IMG/VR virus record: IMGVR_UViG_3300035695_000002
Coordinates: 56,725-120,724 of that record
Strand: one strand, 5' to 3'
Length of the DNA stretch: 64,000 nt
Source: a virus
Below, in pieces: positions 1-10,900 of this stretch. Position numbers and translations under genes: made by a program. Each line of letters opens with the position of its first letter. Position 1 is the stretch's first letter. The notes beneath the pieces were generated by a model. The model was not told where the DNA came from. It ran no database searches and saw only the letters and a program-made list of their open reading frames with translations.

Positions 1-1169
1 GCTATAATAGCAGGATTAATATCTAAATATGTGATAGATCCATTTGATCCACCTGTTTGATTTATTGCGGTTGTTATTGATACAGCAGTAAATGCTGCAG
101 TACCAGAAGCAGGGCTAAAAAATCCAGCGAAAGATGAACCTGTGATTGCTCCAGAAGTTGGAGTTACTGTATTTCCTGGGTTAATAGTAATACCGATCCC
201 ACTAGTAGCATTCCATGTACTGGGTTGATTAATAATAAACCCTGTATTTACTTGTATTTGATTTGCTACAGCGCTAGATCCGTTTAGAGTTATACCCCCA
301 ACATTACCTAATCCGGCAGCATCATTTATTTTTAATCCGTGAGCTTGAGTTAGTAATATTGCTCCATCTGATGCCAGTGTCAATCCTCCATTTGTAGAAC
401 TACCAGCAACCTTAGATTGAAATATTAAATTAGTAGTAGGGTTTGCAGATCCTTGAACCGGAAGATTATAAATTTGCCATAATGTTTGAACACTTGCTGT
501 TCCTGTTGTTTTCCACCCCTGACCCTCAAATGTTATTATAGGAGAAATCTGTTGAGCACCTGCTGCTGCTGCTGTGGAATTTGAAAACCATAAGCCAGCA
601 CCATCTACTACAGTAGTTCCTAAAGAAGCAAAGGAATATTTTATAATATTAGTTGTTGTACCTACTATTGTATTTGGTCCAGATAATGTTCCTCCAGAAG
701 CTAAAAGCCAAGAAAGTCCTGTAGATTGTTTACCATTAAATGTATTCCAATCGGCAGAGGATAAATATCCATTAGTTGATGTAGTAGCTTGAATAACTTG
801 AATAGTAGTATTTGCTAATAAAGTACTAGATCCTGTTATAGTAAGAACTGCTGAAGTAGCCTCTGTCAAATTACCAGCAGCAGTGTATGAAGGAGCAGCA
901 GATCCTCCTGTATTATTACCAAACCATGTGTGTGCTCCAGCATTAGACAATGAGAAAGATAGAGATGGAGTAGTGGTGGGAGTGCCTACAGAAGTAGTAA
1001 ATAAAGGAGATAGATTTCCACTAGAAAAAGAAGAAACTGTACCTCCTCCACCACCACCTGATATATTAGAAGCTACTTGTGTCAACCTTTCCATCTGTTT
1101 AGAGATGAAAGATAACCAATATTCTTCTGGTGCTGATTCTGCTCCTATTTGTCTATTAGGTACGGACAT
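1..1169 (-). CDS. Tail/head fibre-like protein, 5' part (runs off the left edge)
   Basis: Read by hand: ATG at 1169, MSVPNRQIGAESAPEEYWLSFISKQMERL...GGGGGTVSS...GYLSSADWNTFNGKQ. Gly/Ser/Thr-rich fibre composition. Absent from the ORF track because it has no stop in the window. Confidence 0.75.
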   Translation of the reverse strand, partial: MSVPNRQIGAESAPEEYWLSFISKQMERLTQVASNISGGGGGGTVSSFSSGNLSPLFTTSVGTPTTTPSLSFSLSNAGAHTWFGNNTGGSAAPSYTAAGNLTEATSAVLTITGSSTLLANTTIQVIQATTSTNGYLSSADWNTFNGKQSTGLSWLLASGGTLSGPNTIVGTTTNIIKYSFASLGTTVVDGAGLWFSNSTAAAAGAQQISPIITFEGQGWKTTGTASVQTLWQIYNLPVQGSANPTTNLIFQSKVAGSSTNGGLTLASDGAILLTQAHGLKINDAAGLGNVGGITLNGSSAVANQIQVNTGFIINQPSTWNATSGIGITINPGNTVTPTSGAITGSSFAGFFSPASGTAAFTAVSITTAINQTGGSNGSITYLDINPAII

Positions 1170-1191
1170 TATATTTTTTATTTAAATTTTC

Positions 1192-3711
1192 TTAAACATT
1201 TTCTATTGTTGCTATCGGTAATCTGGAACTGTTAGTTATACCTGACTGTGTAATCCTCCACTTATAAACTGTAGGATTGCCTATGAAATCGGTATTATAA
1301 ATAATATCCCCCTTTTTATAACCAATTGAGTTTGCATTACTCGCCACAAATACCCCTTGTTCTATTCCTTGCCAATCTACCCCAGTAACCTCAACAAGAC
1401 CATTATCTATTGCATTATTGCTTACAGTTATTGTTGTACTTGTCACAGATATAATATGAGTGCCTTCTGGAAAATAAGGACTGAATATCGTCATTCTTGG
1501 AGCAGCAGAACTAATAGGAGCTTCTCCTACACAATTTGTTATTACATTACTACCACTTATAGCATCTCCTATTACAAAAAATGGATAAACATTTGGTATT
1601 CTACCTATATAAAAATTGTAATTAGTTACAGCATCAATCCCCTTCCCTATATAGGAGAGGGTTATAGTGGATGTTGCGTCGTTTTTAGCTGTAACTACAC
1701 CACAACACAAGTACCTATTCGCAATTCCGTATTCATCAAGAATATTAGTTGTTCCATTAAGGAAGATAGTGTCCTGAATATATACTTTGTTGTAATCATC
1801 CCCTGCACTCATCACTATATCTGCTGTAAGATTTATAGCATCTATATTGCTAAAACTTAATGTCCCTGACTTTAAAGGGAAAAAATACCATTCTTCAGGA
1901 GTTCTTGTTGTAGAAGTGGGATTTGTTATATTTGTATTTCTTTTCCTTTTGCGTATCAAAGAACTTGTATTACCAAGTGGAGTAGATCCATTTCTCCTAT
2001 TATAACTAATAATCATATCTGATAGTAATAGATATGGAGTATTTTCTGATAATTCTTGTGGTTTAGATACTGTTATAATATCAGAACTTCCAAACGGTAA
2101 AGTACTTTGAGCACTTGAACAATTAACAAATTCTAATTGTCCTTGTAAATAATAATTAATTGGAAGTTGATTGAAATAACATTTATCGAAATAAGCACTT
2201 TGACAATCAACTGCTAAAGGTGTATAATAAATAGCTCCGTAAGTAAAGAACATCGAATCAACAACTTTGAGGTAGCCCCCTTTAAATATTGTATATGCAT
2301 TATGTATTGCCGGACTTCCGTATACAGGAGCTTGAAAATTGATTCTACAACCCTCTAATGTCATATGACCAAAAACAGTAGAACCATTGAGCATATAAAA
2401 GCTCTCCAAATGTCCTCTTTTTATAATTATTCCTTTATTTGCAAAAGATGTTAGTTTAGCTATATATCTAACACTCCCTGCCACATTAAGCCCATCTACT
2501 TCAGGATGATCCCCCGTACCGTTACCATAATCAAAAGAATTAAAGATGGTTTCGGTGTGCCCCCAACACTTAAAATTATTTATCTGGCATGACCTATTCT
2601 GTGATTGTCCAATAGATACTGCACTTCTACAACTATCTCCCCAACAATTATTGATACAGATAGCATCTCCGTTTTGAGGAGTGATGTGGGGACTTAAGCA
2701 ATATCCAACAACTAAATTAGCTACTCTACAACTATCGAAAATAATATCTGTAGAGCCTCCATTACCGTCTGCTGAATTATAATATGAAGCAAAATCAGGA
2801 TATATATCAGTTGCTGAAGAATCATTAATAAAAGGATCAACTACAAATCCTGCATGAGGAGAATAAGGAGTATCTCTACATCCTCCTGAAAAATTAGTTG
2901 CTGGATTTTCTAAAACATCATAAACCGATAAGTTAGCAATAGCTGAATTAGCACCATTTAAAAAAATACCATAAACCCTCACCCCTTTACATTTATGTAA
3001 TCCTACCATAAAAGTATTTTTATTGGTTGTAGTTAATTTTGTTTGTCCGGCAGTCCCATCATATACATTCGTCTCTCCTTCTAATCTAAAACTATTACAG
3101 AATTGATTCAGTCCTTGTCTAACCAGTATGCCAATCCCTATTTTATAATTACCAAATGGTAAATAAACATATTTTAACTTAGAAACAATAGCACTATCTA
3201 TTGTCTTTTGAATTGCGGGTTGGTCATCTTGAATACCGTCCCCTAATGCTCCAAACCATCTTACTGACCATTTTCCTAAAGATAACGCCTCTGGAACAAT
3301 TGTTAAAGTGGTGTCGAATATTTTACTTCTAAAAGGACCATCAATAATACCACCATTAATAGTTCCTATTCCTGTTAAATATGTTCCATTTTCAAAAATT
3401 AAATATTTTCCAGAAGGAACTGTCACTGTACCACTTATTGTTATTGCTCCTCCTCCTTTTATATCAAATTTAACCCCTTTTACATTTGAACTTGATAAAA
3501 TTGTATTTAATTTAGTGGTCATATCAGAGCCATTAGCATAAATACCGGCATTTCTACATGGCACTATACCATTTAATTCTAATGCAATCCATTTATTAGT
3601 ACCGTCATCATAACCAAATACTCCATCATTAGAGTATCCGGCAGGAAATGCAGCCACTTGCATCATTATATTTCCTCTATCTTGAATAAATGCTCCAGAA
3701 GCTACTGACAT
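1192..3711 (-). CDS. Tailspike / pectate-lyase-like beta-helix receptor-binding protein (839 aa)
   Basis: SVRWFGALGDGIQDDQPAIQKTID...VYLPFGNYKI is the Pectate_lyase_3-type N-terminal motif. Confidence 0.8.
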   Translation of the reverse strand: MSVASGAFIQDRGNIMMQVAAFPAGYSNDGVFGYDDGTNKWIALELNGIVPCRNAGIYANGSDMTTKLNTILSSSNVKGVKFDIKGGGAITISGTVTVPSGKYLIFENGTYLTGIGTINGGIIDGPFRSKIFDTTLTIVPEALSLGKWSVRWFGALGDGIQDDQPAIQKTIDSAIVSKLKYVYLPFGNYKIGIGILVRQGLNQFCNSFRLEGETNVYDGTAGQTKLTTTNKNTFMVGLHKCKGVRVYGIFLNGANSAIANLSVYDVLENPATNFSGGCRDTPYSPHAGFVVDPFINDSSATDIYPDFASYYNSADGNGGSTDIIFDSCRVANLVVGYCLSPHITPQNGDAICINNCWGDSCRSAVSIGQSQNRSCQINNFKCWGHTETIFNSFDYGNGTGDHPEVDGLNVAGSVRYIAKLTSFANKGIIIKRGHLESFYMLNGSTVFGHMTLEGCRINFQAPVYGSPAIHNAYTIFKGGYLKVVDSMFFTYGAIYYTPLAVDCQSAYFDKCYFNQLPINYYLQGQLEFVNCSSAQSTLPFGSSDIITVSKPQELSENTPYLLLSDMIISYNRRNGSTPLGNTSSLIRKRKRNTNITNPTSTTRTPEEWYFFPLKSGTLSFSNIDAINLTADIVMSAGDDYNKVYIQDTIFLNGTTNILDEYGIANRYLCCGVVTAKNDATSTITLSYIGKGIDAVTNYNFYIGRIPNVYPFFVIGDAISGSNVITNCVGEAPISSAAPRMTIFSPYFPEGTHIISVTSTTITVSNNAIDNGLVEVTGVDWQGIEQGVFVASNANSIGYKKGDIIYNTDFIGNPTVYKWRITQSGITNSSRLPIATIENV

Positions 3712-3714
3712 AGA

Positions 3715-3930
3715 TTAATTTAAATTAAATACTGTGAAAGCACTTCCTCCTGAAAATCCTACAACATTTATAGTGAGATCAGGATAAATCCCTGTGATAG
3801 ATATATTTGCTCCAGGAAGAATATTAGGAAGAGGACCTATAGTAGATGTAATAAGCCTATCTAAATCAAGATAATCATTATATTTCTTCGCAGAAGTTAT
3901 CCAAAAACCCGTTTTTATATAATGAGGCAT
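3715..3930 (-). CDS. Small hypothetical virion-associated protein (71 aa)
   Basis: Tightly packed in the operon. Contains the PGANISITGIYPDLTI motif, also seen in 43910..45310 (QGANITITGSYPNFTI). Confidence 0.65.
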   Translation of the reverse strand: MPHYIKTGFWITSAKKYNDYLDLDRLITSTIGPLPNILPGANISITGIYPDLTINVVGFSGGSAFTVFNLN

Positions 3931-3933
3931 ATT

Positions 3934-4566
3934 TTATTTTTTACCCACTTTTAACTCTAATATTTGAGGAATATGTACATGAGGATTAGAAGAGGTCATT
4001 TCTGAGAAATATTTCTTCTTTCCTAAAAACCATTTCCTTTTCCAATATAATACTCCATCTATAGGAGCATCTACTTCGTACTTTAGTACTGCACTGTCTG
4101 GAGAAACTTGTTTATAATCGAATTTTGACCATTTGTCTTGTTTTTTCCAATCTTTAGCTACAAATTTGATAGTGTCTCCTTTTTTATCTATATATGTGAT
4201 AGTTGTGTCTTTTGGATGGATACGTAAACTATCTATAGATTGAGATTGGACTTGGAAAGCATACTCTAGATTTTTATAACTTTTCTTTAATCCTTGGAAT
4301 TCCTTTAGAAAGGAGAGATTTCCATCTTTTACAAGTTGTTTGATTGTGTTATTTTCAAGAACAACAGCTTGGTTTTTAGCTACTTCTTCCCCTGACTTAT
4401 TTTTATAATATTGAGTTTTCATTTGCTCTTTACTAAAAAGCTGTTCTACACCCTGTTTTTGAGCCTTTTCTTCTCTATATTTGTTGTAAAATGTATAAAG
4501 TAGAACACCAGTTATGATTAGCAATAATACTAACCCTGCTTCTATTTTAAGTCTTAAAGATAACAT
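3934..4566 (-). CDS. Putative spanin-like lysis protein (N-terminal TM helix plus coiled coil)
   Basis: N-terminal hydrophobic helix, coiled-coil region, position in the lysis cassette. Confidence 0.5.
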   Translation of the reverse strand: MLSLRLKIEAGLVLLLIITGVLLYTFYNKYREEKAQKQGVEQLFSKEQMKTQYYKNKSGEEVAKNQAVVLENNTIKQLVKDGNLSFLKEFQGLKKSYKNLEYAFQVQSQSIDSLRIHPKDTTITYIDKKGDTIKFVAKDWKKQDKWSKFDYKQVSPDSAVLKYEVDAPIDGVLYWKRKWFLGKKKYFSEMTSSNPHVHIPQILELKVGKK

Positions 4567-4568
4567 AA

Positions 4569-4766
4569 TTACTCGTCTATTTTTTCTCCTGATTGTAATT
4601 TGAAATATAGAGCTGTTTCATGCCCCACCCATGTAAGAAATAATGATAGAAATACCCACCATTTGTTATCTTGGAATAGTAATACAGCACTCATAGCTGA
4701 TCCCAGTCTACTAACACTGGCTCCTAGGAAAGAATATTCTTTAGGTGTATCAGGAAGATATTTCAT
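4569..4766 (-). CDS. Putative holin (65 aa, two hydrophobic segments)
   Basis: Small membrane protein near the endolysin. Confidence 0.5.
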   Translation of the reverse strand: MKYLPDTPKEYSFLGASVSRLGSAMSAVLLFQDNKWWVFLSLFLTWVGHETALYFKLQSGEKIDE

Positions 4767-5095
4767 TACTTTACTATAAACTTATCTATTATATATATAA
4801 TAAGTCCCAATGTCATTACAATACCTTGCCAATTACCTTTTAAAGTGTTCATGAAGGATTTATTTTCTTCTACTTTTGGAGAAATGTCGTCCAAATCTCT
4901 ATCCAATACTCTAATTTTCTCTCCTACAGTGGCTCTAAGGACAGCTAAGTCTGTTTTTAGGTCATTGTGACTGGTTTCCAACCCTGTAACTCTACCATTG
5001 GTTTTTCTACATTCTGTTAGAGTGTTTTCTCCTGTAATTTTTATTACAGCCAACTGTTCTCTTATTGTTGATAATTCTTCAGCAATATCTGCCAT
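4766..5095 (-). CDS. Coiled-coil protein with C-terminal TM helix (holin/antiholin-like)
   Basis: Coiled coil followed by GIVMTLGLIIYII. Lies directly downstream of the endolysin. Confidence 0.5.
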   Translation of the reverse strand: MADIAEELSTIREQLAVIKITGENTLTECRKTNGRVTGLETSHNDLKTDLAVLRATVGEKIRVLDRDLDDISPKVEENKSFMNTLKGNWQGIVMTLGLIIYIIDKFIVK

Positions 5096-5120
5096 TATTA
5101 TAATAATTAAGGGATTTATA

Positions 5121-5151
5121 CAAAAGTATGACTAAAAAAGCAAATTTCCAA
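5121..5151 (-). promoter_or_regulatory. Bacteroidota housekeeping-sigma-type promoter
   Basis: Minus-strand TACTTTTG (-7 element TAnnTTTG) with TTGG about 19 nt upstream. Confidence 0.55.
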
Positions 5152-5198
5152 GGATTTACTTGGAAATTAATGCTATAGAGAAATTGAATTATATGGAA

Positions 5199-5705
5199 TT
5201 AAACTAATCCATCCCAAGTGGGATCTGTGGATTTAACTATTGAAAATTTATCTAAATTTGGGAGATATTGCCAATGCCATCTCTCTGATAGTACTGTTCT
5301 TACAAAACCGTAAGTTTTAGCATTATGAAACATCCATTTATAGACATCTGGAGGAACATTGAAATCATAAGCATCTCCGTTTTGATGATTGGAATATCCA
5401 GGTTTAGCTGTTCTAGGACTAAATAGTCCATTATCTGCATTTATTAGATATGTCCTATCGTTTATTTTAGTCTTATCTATTACATTCCTTTGACGAAATC
5501 CATATTGCTCTTCCCAAGTTCTGAATCCTTCATTTAAATGGAGAGTGATATTGTCCTTTTTAGCACCGTTAATGATTGATTGTACAAAAGAAAGATAAGA
5601 ATTAACGACCTTTTTACCATCAATTAAGGAAATCCCCTCATATCTTAGGAGTTTTCCATTGTCATATAAGGCATATTCTCCTTTTCCGTTTTGAGATTCT
5701 ATCAT
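5199..5705 (-). CDS. Endolysin, M15 (VanY / D,D-carboxypeptidase-like) peptidase
   Basis: GFRTWEEQ...PGYSNHQNGDAYD...SERWHWQY zinc-peptidase motifs. Confidence 0.85.
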   Translation of the reverse strand: MIESQNGKGEYALYDNGKLLRYEGISLIDGKKVVNSYLSFVQSIINGAKKDNITLHLNEGFRTWEEQYGFRQRNVIDKTKINDRTYLINADNGLFSPRTAKPGYSNHQNGDAYDFNVPPDVYKWMFHNAKTYGFVRTVLSERWHWQYLPNLDKFSIVKSTDPTWDGLV

Positions 5706-6154
5706 TAATAATTTAAAAATAATCGTTCAAATAGATAGATATAATTATAACTTAAGTTTTGTTTGGTTTCTTCTAATCTTTTATTCATTATTTCCCAATC
5801 TGGGAGTTCTTCAAAAACAATAGTCACTTCACTATCTAACAATTCTTTAGTTTTAGATTGCTTTAAAATACCTAATTTTAGATTGTCTTCATCATTTTCC
5901 TTATAATCTTCAGGAAGAGTTCCATTATATAATTCAGCAAACCCCAGAAGATTAATAGCTTGAAATTGTTCCCTAGACACATTCTCTCCAACTTTCTTAA
6001 GGGTTTTATTGGCTATTCTCCTCACTCCTTCACTTATAGATTTTTCATTACAAAACCCTAAAATCTTAACATCTTCCTTACCATTATTGAAAGATACTCC
6101 AGCTAGGAGATTTAAGCATTCATATAATTCTTCTACCTTTAACTTTTTTTCCAT
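5705..6154 (-). CDS. Hypothetical protein (probable start MEKKLK at 6154)
   Basis: ORF track gives 5705..6178, but a promoter overlaps the longer start. Confidence 0.7.
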   Translation of the reverse strand: MEKKLKVEELYECLNLLAGVSFNNGKEDVKILGFCNEKSISEGVRRIANKTLKKVGENVSREQFQAINLLGFAELYNGTLPEDYKENDEDNLKLGILKQSKTKELLDSEVTIVFEELPDWEIMNKRLEETKQNLSYNYIYLFERLFLNY

Positions 6155-6175
6155 ATTTAATTGGTTTAATTTTCG

Positions 6176-6206
6176 CAAATATAGTAAAATAATTCAATAA
6201 TACAAA
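6176..6206 (-). promoter_or_regulatory. Bacteroidota-type promoter
   Basis: TTTG-N19-TATATTTG on the minus strand, a full match to the -33/-7 consensus. Confidence 0.75.
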
Positions 6207-6209
6207 TAG

Positions 6210-7574
6210 TTAGCTCCAATTTCCCACATTTGTTACAGAATTAGTACCTACAGGCCAAATTCTGAAATAAGAATTCACTCCCACTATGGCTGCTGAGGCT
6301 ACACCTAAGCTAACTTGAGGAATTAGTGTTCCTCCTGCATTGATTCTCACAATTCCCCATATTCTAGCATGACCTGTAGTAGTGGTATTAGCTGCACTTA
6401 TAGCAACATTGGCTGCCGTATTAAATGATATTAAAGGAGCACTAGCTGTAGCTAAAGTACTTTTAGTAGCTGAAGATTGCCAAGTTTGTGAGGTAAATGT
6501 AGCCGTTCCTCCAAAAGAAAAACCAAAAGCCCCTGACGTAGAGGACATGGAAGTTAAGGAGAAAAAACACTCAAAATAGTAAGATTTTGAACTTGATACT
6601 GTTAAAGCCCCATTAGTGGAAGAATTAAACAGTTTTTGTGCTGCTGTTTGAGATGTAAGAGTATATGCTCCTGTTAAGGATATGAATTGTTCACTGTCTA
6701 CTACAGATCTTTCACTGGTAGCATGAGTCCAATATCGGATACCGTTAGCATCCACTTCTCCTACACCTGCTATTGCTGATGTTAATAAAGCAGCACTTGT
6801 TAATATAAAAGTTTCTGCTCCAAAAGAAGCAGTTCCAGCAGCATGTATTAATACACCAGGATTAAATGTCTTATTTCCTGTAACTGTTTGTACAGAGGCT
6901 AATACCATATCTCCACTACCACTAGGAGACCCCCAACTTACATTAGATCCATCTGTAGTGAGATATTTTCCTGTATTTCCTATTTGAGAAGGTAGAAGAT
7001 TGGTTATAGCTCCTGCACCGAAAGATGTAAGAGAAGAAGCAGTGACTCCTGATGCTAATGTGATTCCTGTTAATGTTCCTGCTGCTGCTGCGATAGTAAT
7101 ATTTCCACTACCATCAAAACTTACACCATTAATAGTTCTTGCAGTCTGTAACACTGTAGCACTACCAGCGTTTCCTGTAATTGTAGTGATTGTTATATTT
7201 GATGATAGAGCACTTCCATTAATAGTCCTGGAAGAAGGAACAGCATCTGTAATACCATATCCTCCTAATGTAGTTGGAATAGAAGTTAAACTACCAAAAG
7301 CTAGTGAACTTATAGTTGCGAAAGTTCCAAGTCCTAAATTGCTTCTAGCTGTTGTATAATTACTGAGTCCTGATAAATTATCAGTTTTCATCATATCTCC
7401 ATATGTAGGAGTTGATACAAAAACTGACCCATTCCAATATCTTACAGCATTTAAATCTGTATTATATATCACTACATCATGAGAATCTAGAAGCAATTGT
7501 TGGGCAAAAGCATCCTCTTGAGATTGTGTATAATCTGTTATTAATTGTAACGCTTTTGTTAATCTTACAGACAT
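6210..7574 (-). CDS. Tail fibre protein (probable start MSVRLTK at 7574)
   Basis: Fibre repeats ARSNLGLG, PTTLGGYGITDA and TARTINGVSFDGSGNITI. The upstream part of the track ORF overlaps the neighbouring gene. Confidence 0.8.
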   Translation of the reverse strand: MSVRLTKALQLITDYTQSQEDAFAQQLLLDSHDVVIYNTDLNAVRYWNGSVFVSTPTYGDMMKTDNLSGLSNYTTARSNLGLGTFATISSLAFGSLTSIPTTLGGYGITDAVPSSRTINGSALSSNITITTITGNAGSATVLQTARTINGVSFDGSGNITIAAAAGTLTGITLASGVTASSLTSFGAGAITNLLPSQIGNTGKYLTTDGSNVSWGSPSGSGDMVLASVQTVTGNKTFNPGVLIHAAGTASFGAETFILTSAALLTSAIAGVGEVDANGIRYWTHATSERSVVDSEQFISLTGAYTLTSQTAAQKLFNSSTNGALTVSSSKSYYFECFFSLTSMSSTSGAFGFSFGGTATFTSQTWQSSATKSTLATASAPLISFNTAANVAISAANTTTTGHARIWGIVRINAGGTLIPQVSLGVASAAIVGVNSYFRIWPVGTNSVTNVGNWS

Positions 7575-7576
7575 TG

Positions 7577-7888
7577 TTATGGATGTGTCGTAGTAGTGGT
7601 AGTTGTGGAAATAATATCTACAATTCCCCAATCTGGAGAGGTAATAGAAAGTCCTACATAAAGTATAGGAATACAAGTATCTAGGTAGAATTCCCCTACA
7701 TAGGTTGGTACAAATGTGGGAGCACCGCAACCCGTATCTGGGGGGATAGCATTATTAATCTTCCCCAAAATTACATCTAAGGCATCTAAAGGAGCTACTC
7801 CTAAGTTAGTCAGGTAGTCTCCATCATATATAATGCATTTAGCATTAATATATGTAGCACATGTGTCACAAATAGCAGCAGTTCTCAT
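7577..7888 (-). CDS. Small Cys-rich fibre-adaptor-like protein with a poly-Thr C terminus
   Basis: CDTC...KCIIYDG module shared with 43910..45310 and 45314..46432. Ends STTTTTTTHP. Confidence 0.7.
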   Translation of the reverse strand: MRTAAICDTCATYINAKCIIYDGDYLTNLGVAPLDALDVILGKINNAIPPDTGCGAPTFVPTYVGEFYLDTCIPILYVGLSITSPDWGIVDIISTTTTTTTHP

Positions 7889-7894
7889 AATGTA

Positions 7895-7924
7895 CAAAAA
7901 TAGGTTAAATTAATGAAATTTCAA
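7895..7924 (-). promoter_or_regulatory. Bacteroidota-type promoter
   Basis: Minus-strand TATTTTTG with TTG about 19 nt upstream, just before the ATG at 7888. Confidence 0.55.
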
Positions 7925-7964
7925 GGATTATTTTTACTTTTTGGTTATAATATAGCAATTGTTC

Positions 7965-10900
7965 TTACTTTCTACTACTACTCTTACTTACAGTCACATC
8001 GAAATCCTTAGCAAATTGAGAATTTAGTATTGAGGCATAAGTTAAAGCTGACTTAGTAATCGGAAACATTTTCATTCCATATTTAATAGGTTGAGCCTTC
8101 TTTCTAACATCTTCATAGGAAGTATTAGGATCAAAATCCAATCCTGTAGTTTCTTTGAAGAAATGAACAACAAATTTCTGCATATCTTCAATTATACCTA
8201 CAGCAGGGAATATTCCTCCAGATAAGAGAGATTCCCAATCAGCAGGATTATAGAAGAACGAAAGTTCATTTACGAACTTATCTAGCACTTTTTGACTATA
8301 TCTGAAGAAATTCTTTGTAGCCTTATCTTCATCATCATCTGGAGCCATATATCCTAAGCTTATAGCTGATGCTATTAATCCTACAAAAATGGCTAATTCT
8401 CGCATTTGATTGGATAGATTAGTTCTTATAAGGTCTATGAAGTCTTCCCTAGTCATATTTAAGGTTTCTCCTGTCTCAGATTCATATTTTTGCTTGAAAT
8501 GCTCAAAAGCTTCATCTAGTCTAGCAATTCCTTGCTGATTCAAATAAAGAATATTTTTGAGGTTTGCTACCCCCTTAAATATACCATCTGATAGAATATA
8601 AGCTAAAAGCCTAATTCTACCAATATCATACTTTTGACCTTCAGCAATACCATCTTCGTTCACTCGTACAGAGAAATCATCGCTCACTTTTCTGAATTCA
8701 GAGAACCTAGTATCTGCCAGTTTAGGTATCCATCCCTTGAATATCATCATAGATTTAGTCCAAATAGACATAGACATTCTATTAATATCTCCATCTGTCA
8801 TACCTCCAGTGGCATTTCTAGATAGTCTTCTGGATAGGTTTGTTAGCCTTTGGAGTTCGTTTCTATCCTGTAAGTTTAATCCAGGTATGACCAATTTACC
8901 ATCTTCTAGCTTTTTAGTAGTGTCTATAGAGGAGGATTTCTTCAATTGTTCTGTTTCTGCATCAATTTTAGCCTTTATATCTCTATATGAGGAAGCATCG
9001 TTATATCTATCTTTATACTTGTTTTTAACGAATTCTTTAATATTCACTATCTTTCCATCCACCACCATTGTATTCTGTAATAGGGATAAGAATACGGATT
9101 TTTCAATGAGTTGTTCAGGCTTACGCATAAACACCATTAAATCATCTCCTATGTTTCTCCTTGTAAGAGATGTCATTCCTGCTTCCTTATACAATTCATA
9201 AGAAGGATCATCCTTTAAAGGCATGAAAGTGTTTATAAGCTGAATGAATATTTCCTTATCTTCTTGATTAGCGAAGTTATGGAGCATCAATTTATTCTCA
9301 TTCTTCCAGAATTCTCCAGCATTGAAGTAATTTCCTGCTTGTGTAATAGCCTGTAGATTTCCACCAAACATGTTTACAGCCCCAGATATAAACTCAAGTC
9401 CAAGGGTTTTCAATTGAAACCCTCTATTAGCTGCATCTATGGTCTTTATTAGAGATGTAGCTGTAGGATTTTCATTCTCTTTCCATATTTCCCTTCCAGC
9501 TACAGAATTAACTCCTTTTTTAACAAAATTCAATACTTTACCTACATTAAGAGGAGTGTCACTATCGGAAAGAACATATCTCTGATCATAAAGCAACACC
9601 CTAAGAAAATCATCAAACATTTTAGTGTTTTCTGCATTACCTGGAAGCTCTTCAGGTTTACCATCTTTTACTATTACATCCCCTGTTCTACCTGTATTTA
9701 AGTGGTTTTTGAACTCTTCTATAGTTTTAACAAGTTTTAATTGTCCTTCTATTTCGGACATATACTTGTATTTCTCCACTTGTTGGATGTATAAAATGAG
9801 GTTTTTAAACAAATCTTCACTCACTTGAGAATAGTCATTTACACCATCAGTTTTAGTAAAATCATGGGTGTAGTATTTAGGAATGCTATTTTCAAGCTCT
9901 CCTGTCACCTCATTTATATTACCATATCCTACATCATCTATGTTGATTTGTACACTCTTCTGGAAATTGGCTATGGGAGAGAATTCTCCATCAAAAGAGA
10001 GTTGTTCAGCCATAGATTTCCTTACAAAAGGAAGGAAGCTACTAGCCACTTTATTATCCAGATAACCTATATCTTTGGCCTTTTCATTGAAATTTACAAC
10101 AAAGTTGTATAATTCCAATAAATCATTGTCTTTTAAAATGTTCTTATATTCATCAGAATACCACTTTTCAAGAGGATGTCTTTTAAGAATATAGTTGTTC
10201 CAACCATTAAAATCTTCTCTATCTATATCATAGAGTTTCTTCACCCTAGCTTTTTCAGCATCTCTTATAAGCTCTTCTTCCTCTTCAGATCCATTATATC
10301 TGGTTTTATTGATATTTTCTATCTGCCTGTCTATGGCTTTTTGAGCTTCTTTCTTGTATTCTTCTACATTAATATTCTCTTTGAGCCATTGTAAATCCCC
10401 CCCTTCATTGGCTTTTTTGTCTATTTCTTTAAAGAATTCAGGACTGTATTTGAATATTAAATTATTTACTATTTTTCCTTCTTTGTCTTTTTGGTAGATT
10501 TGAGAAACAAGTGCTCTTAAATCCCCCCCTTTAACAGAGAGTTTCTTTCTAATGTCTGTAAGAGTGGTTATTTCTTTTAAAGCATCTGTAGAGGCTTTTC
10601 CTTGAGCTGCTCTAGTGAGTTTGTGTAATATCTCCAGAGAGCGTAGGGGTAATTCACTCACTCCTCTGAATAAGCTTCCTAGTCCTTTTACTATTTTCTC
10701 TGGTTTTAATAGCCCAGTTACAAGATTACGTTCTCCTATATGTTTATCTGCAAAAGCTAAAGCAGCTTTTTTTATCTCTTTTTGAGACTTTCTAATAAGT
10801 CTAGATTCTGTCTCTAAAAGATCTAAATATTGTTTTCTAATAAGCACCTCTTCAGAAGGAGCTTCTTCTTTCATCTCCTCTGTATATATCAAACTACCTA

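Noticed and set aside
7575-7730. Extended N terminus of the 506-aa track ORF as a frameshift fusion with the upstream gene
   Set aside because: A good ATG lies at 7574 just after the upstream stop, and I saw no slippery site.
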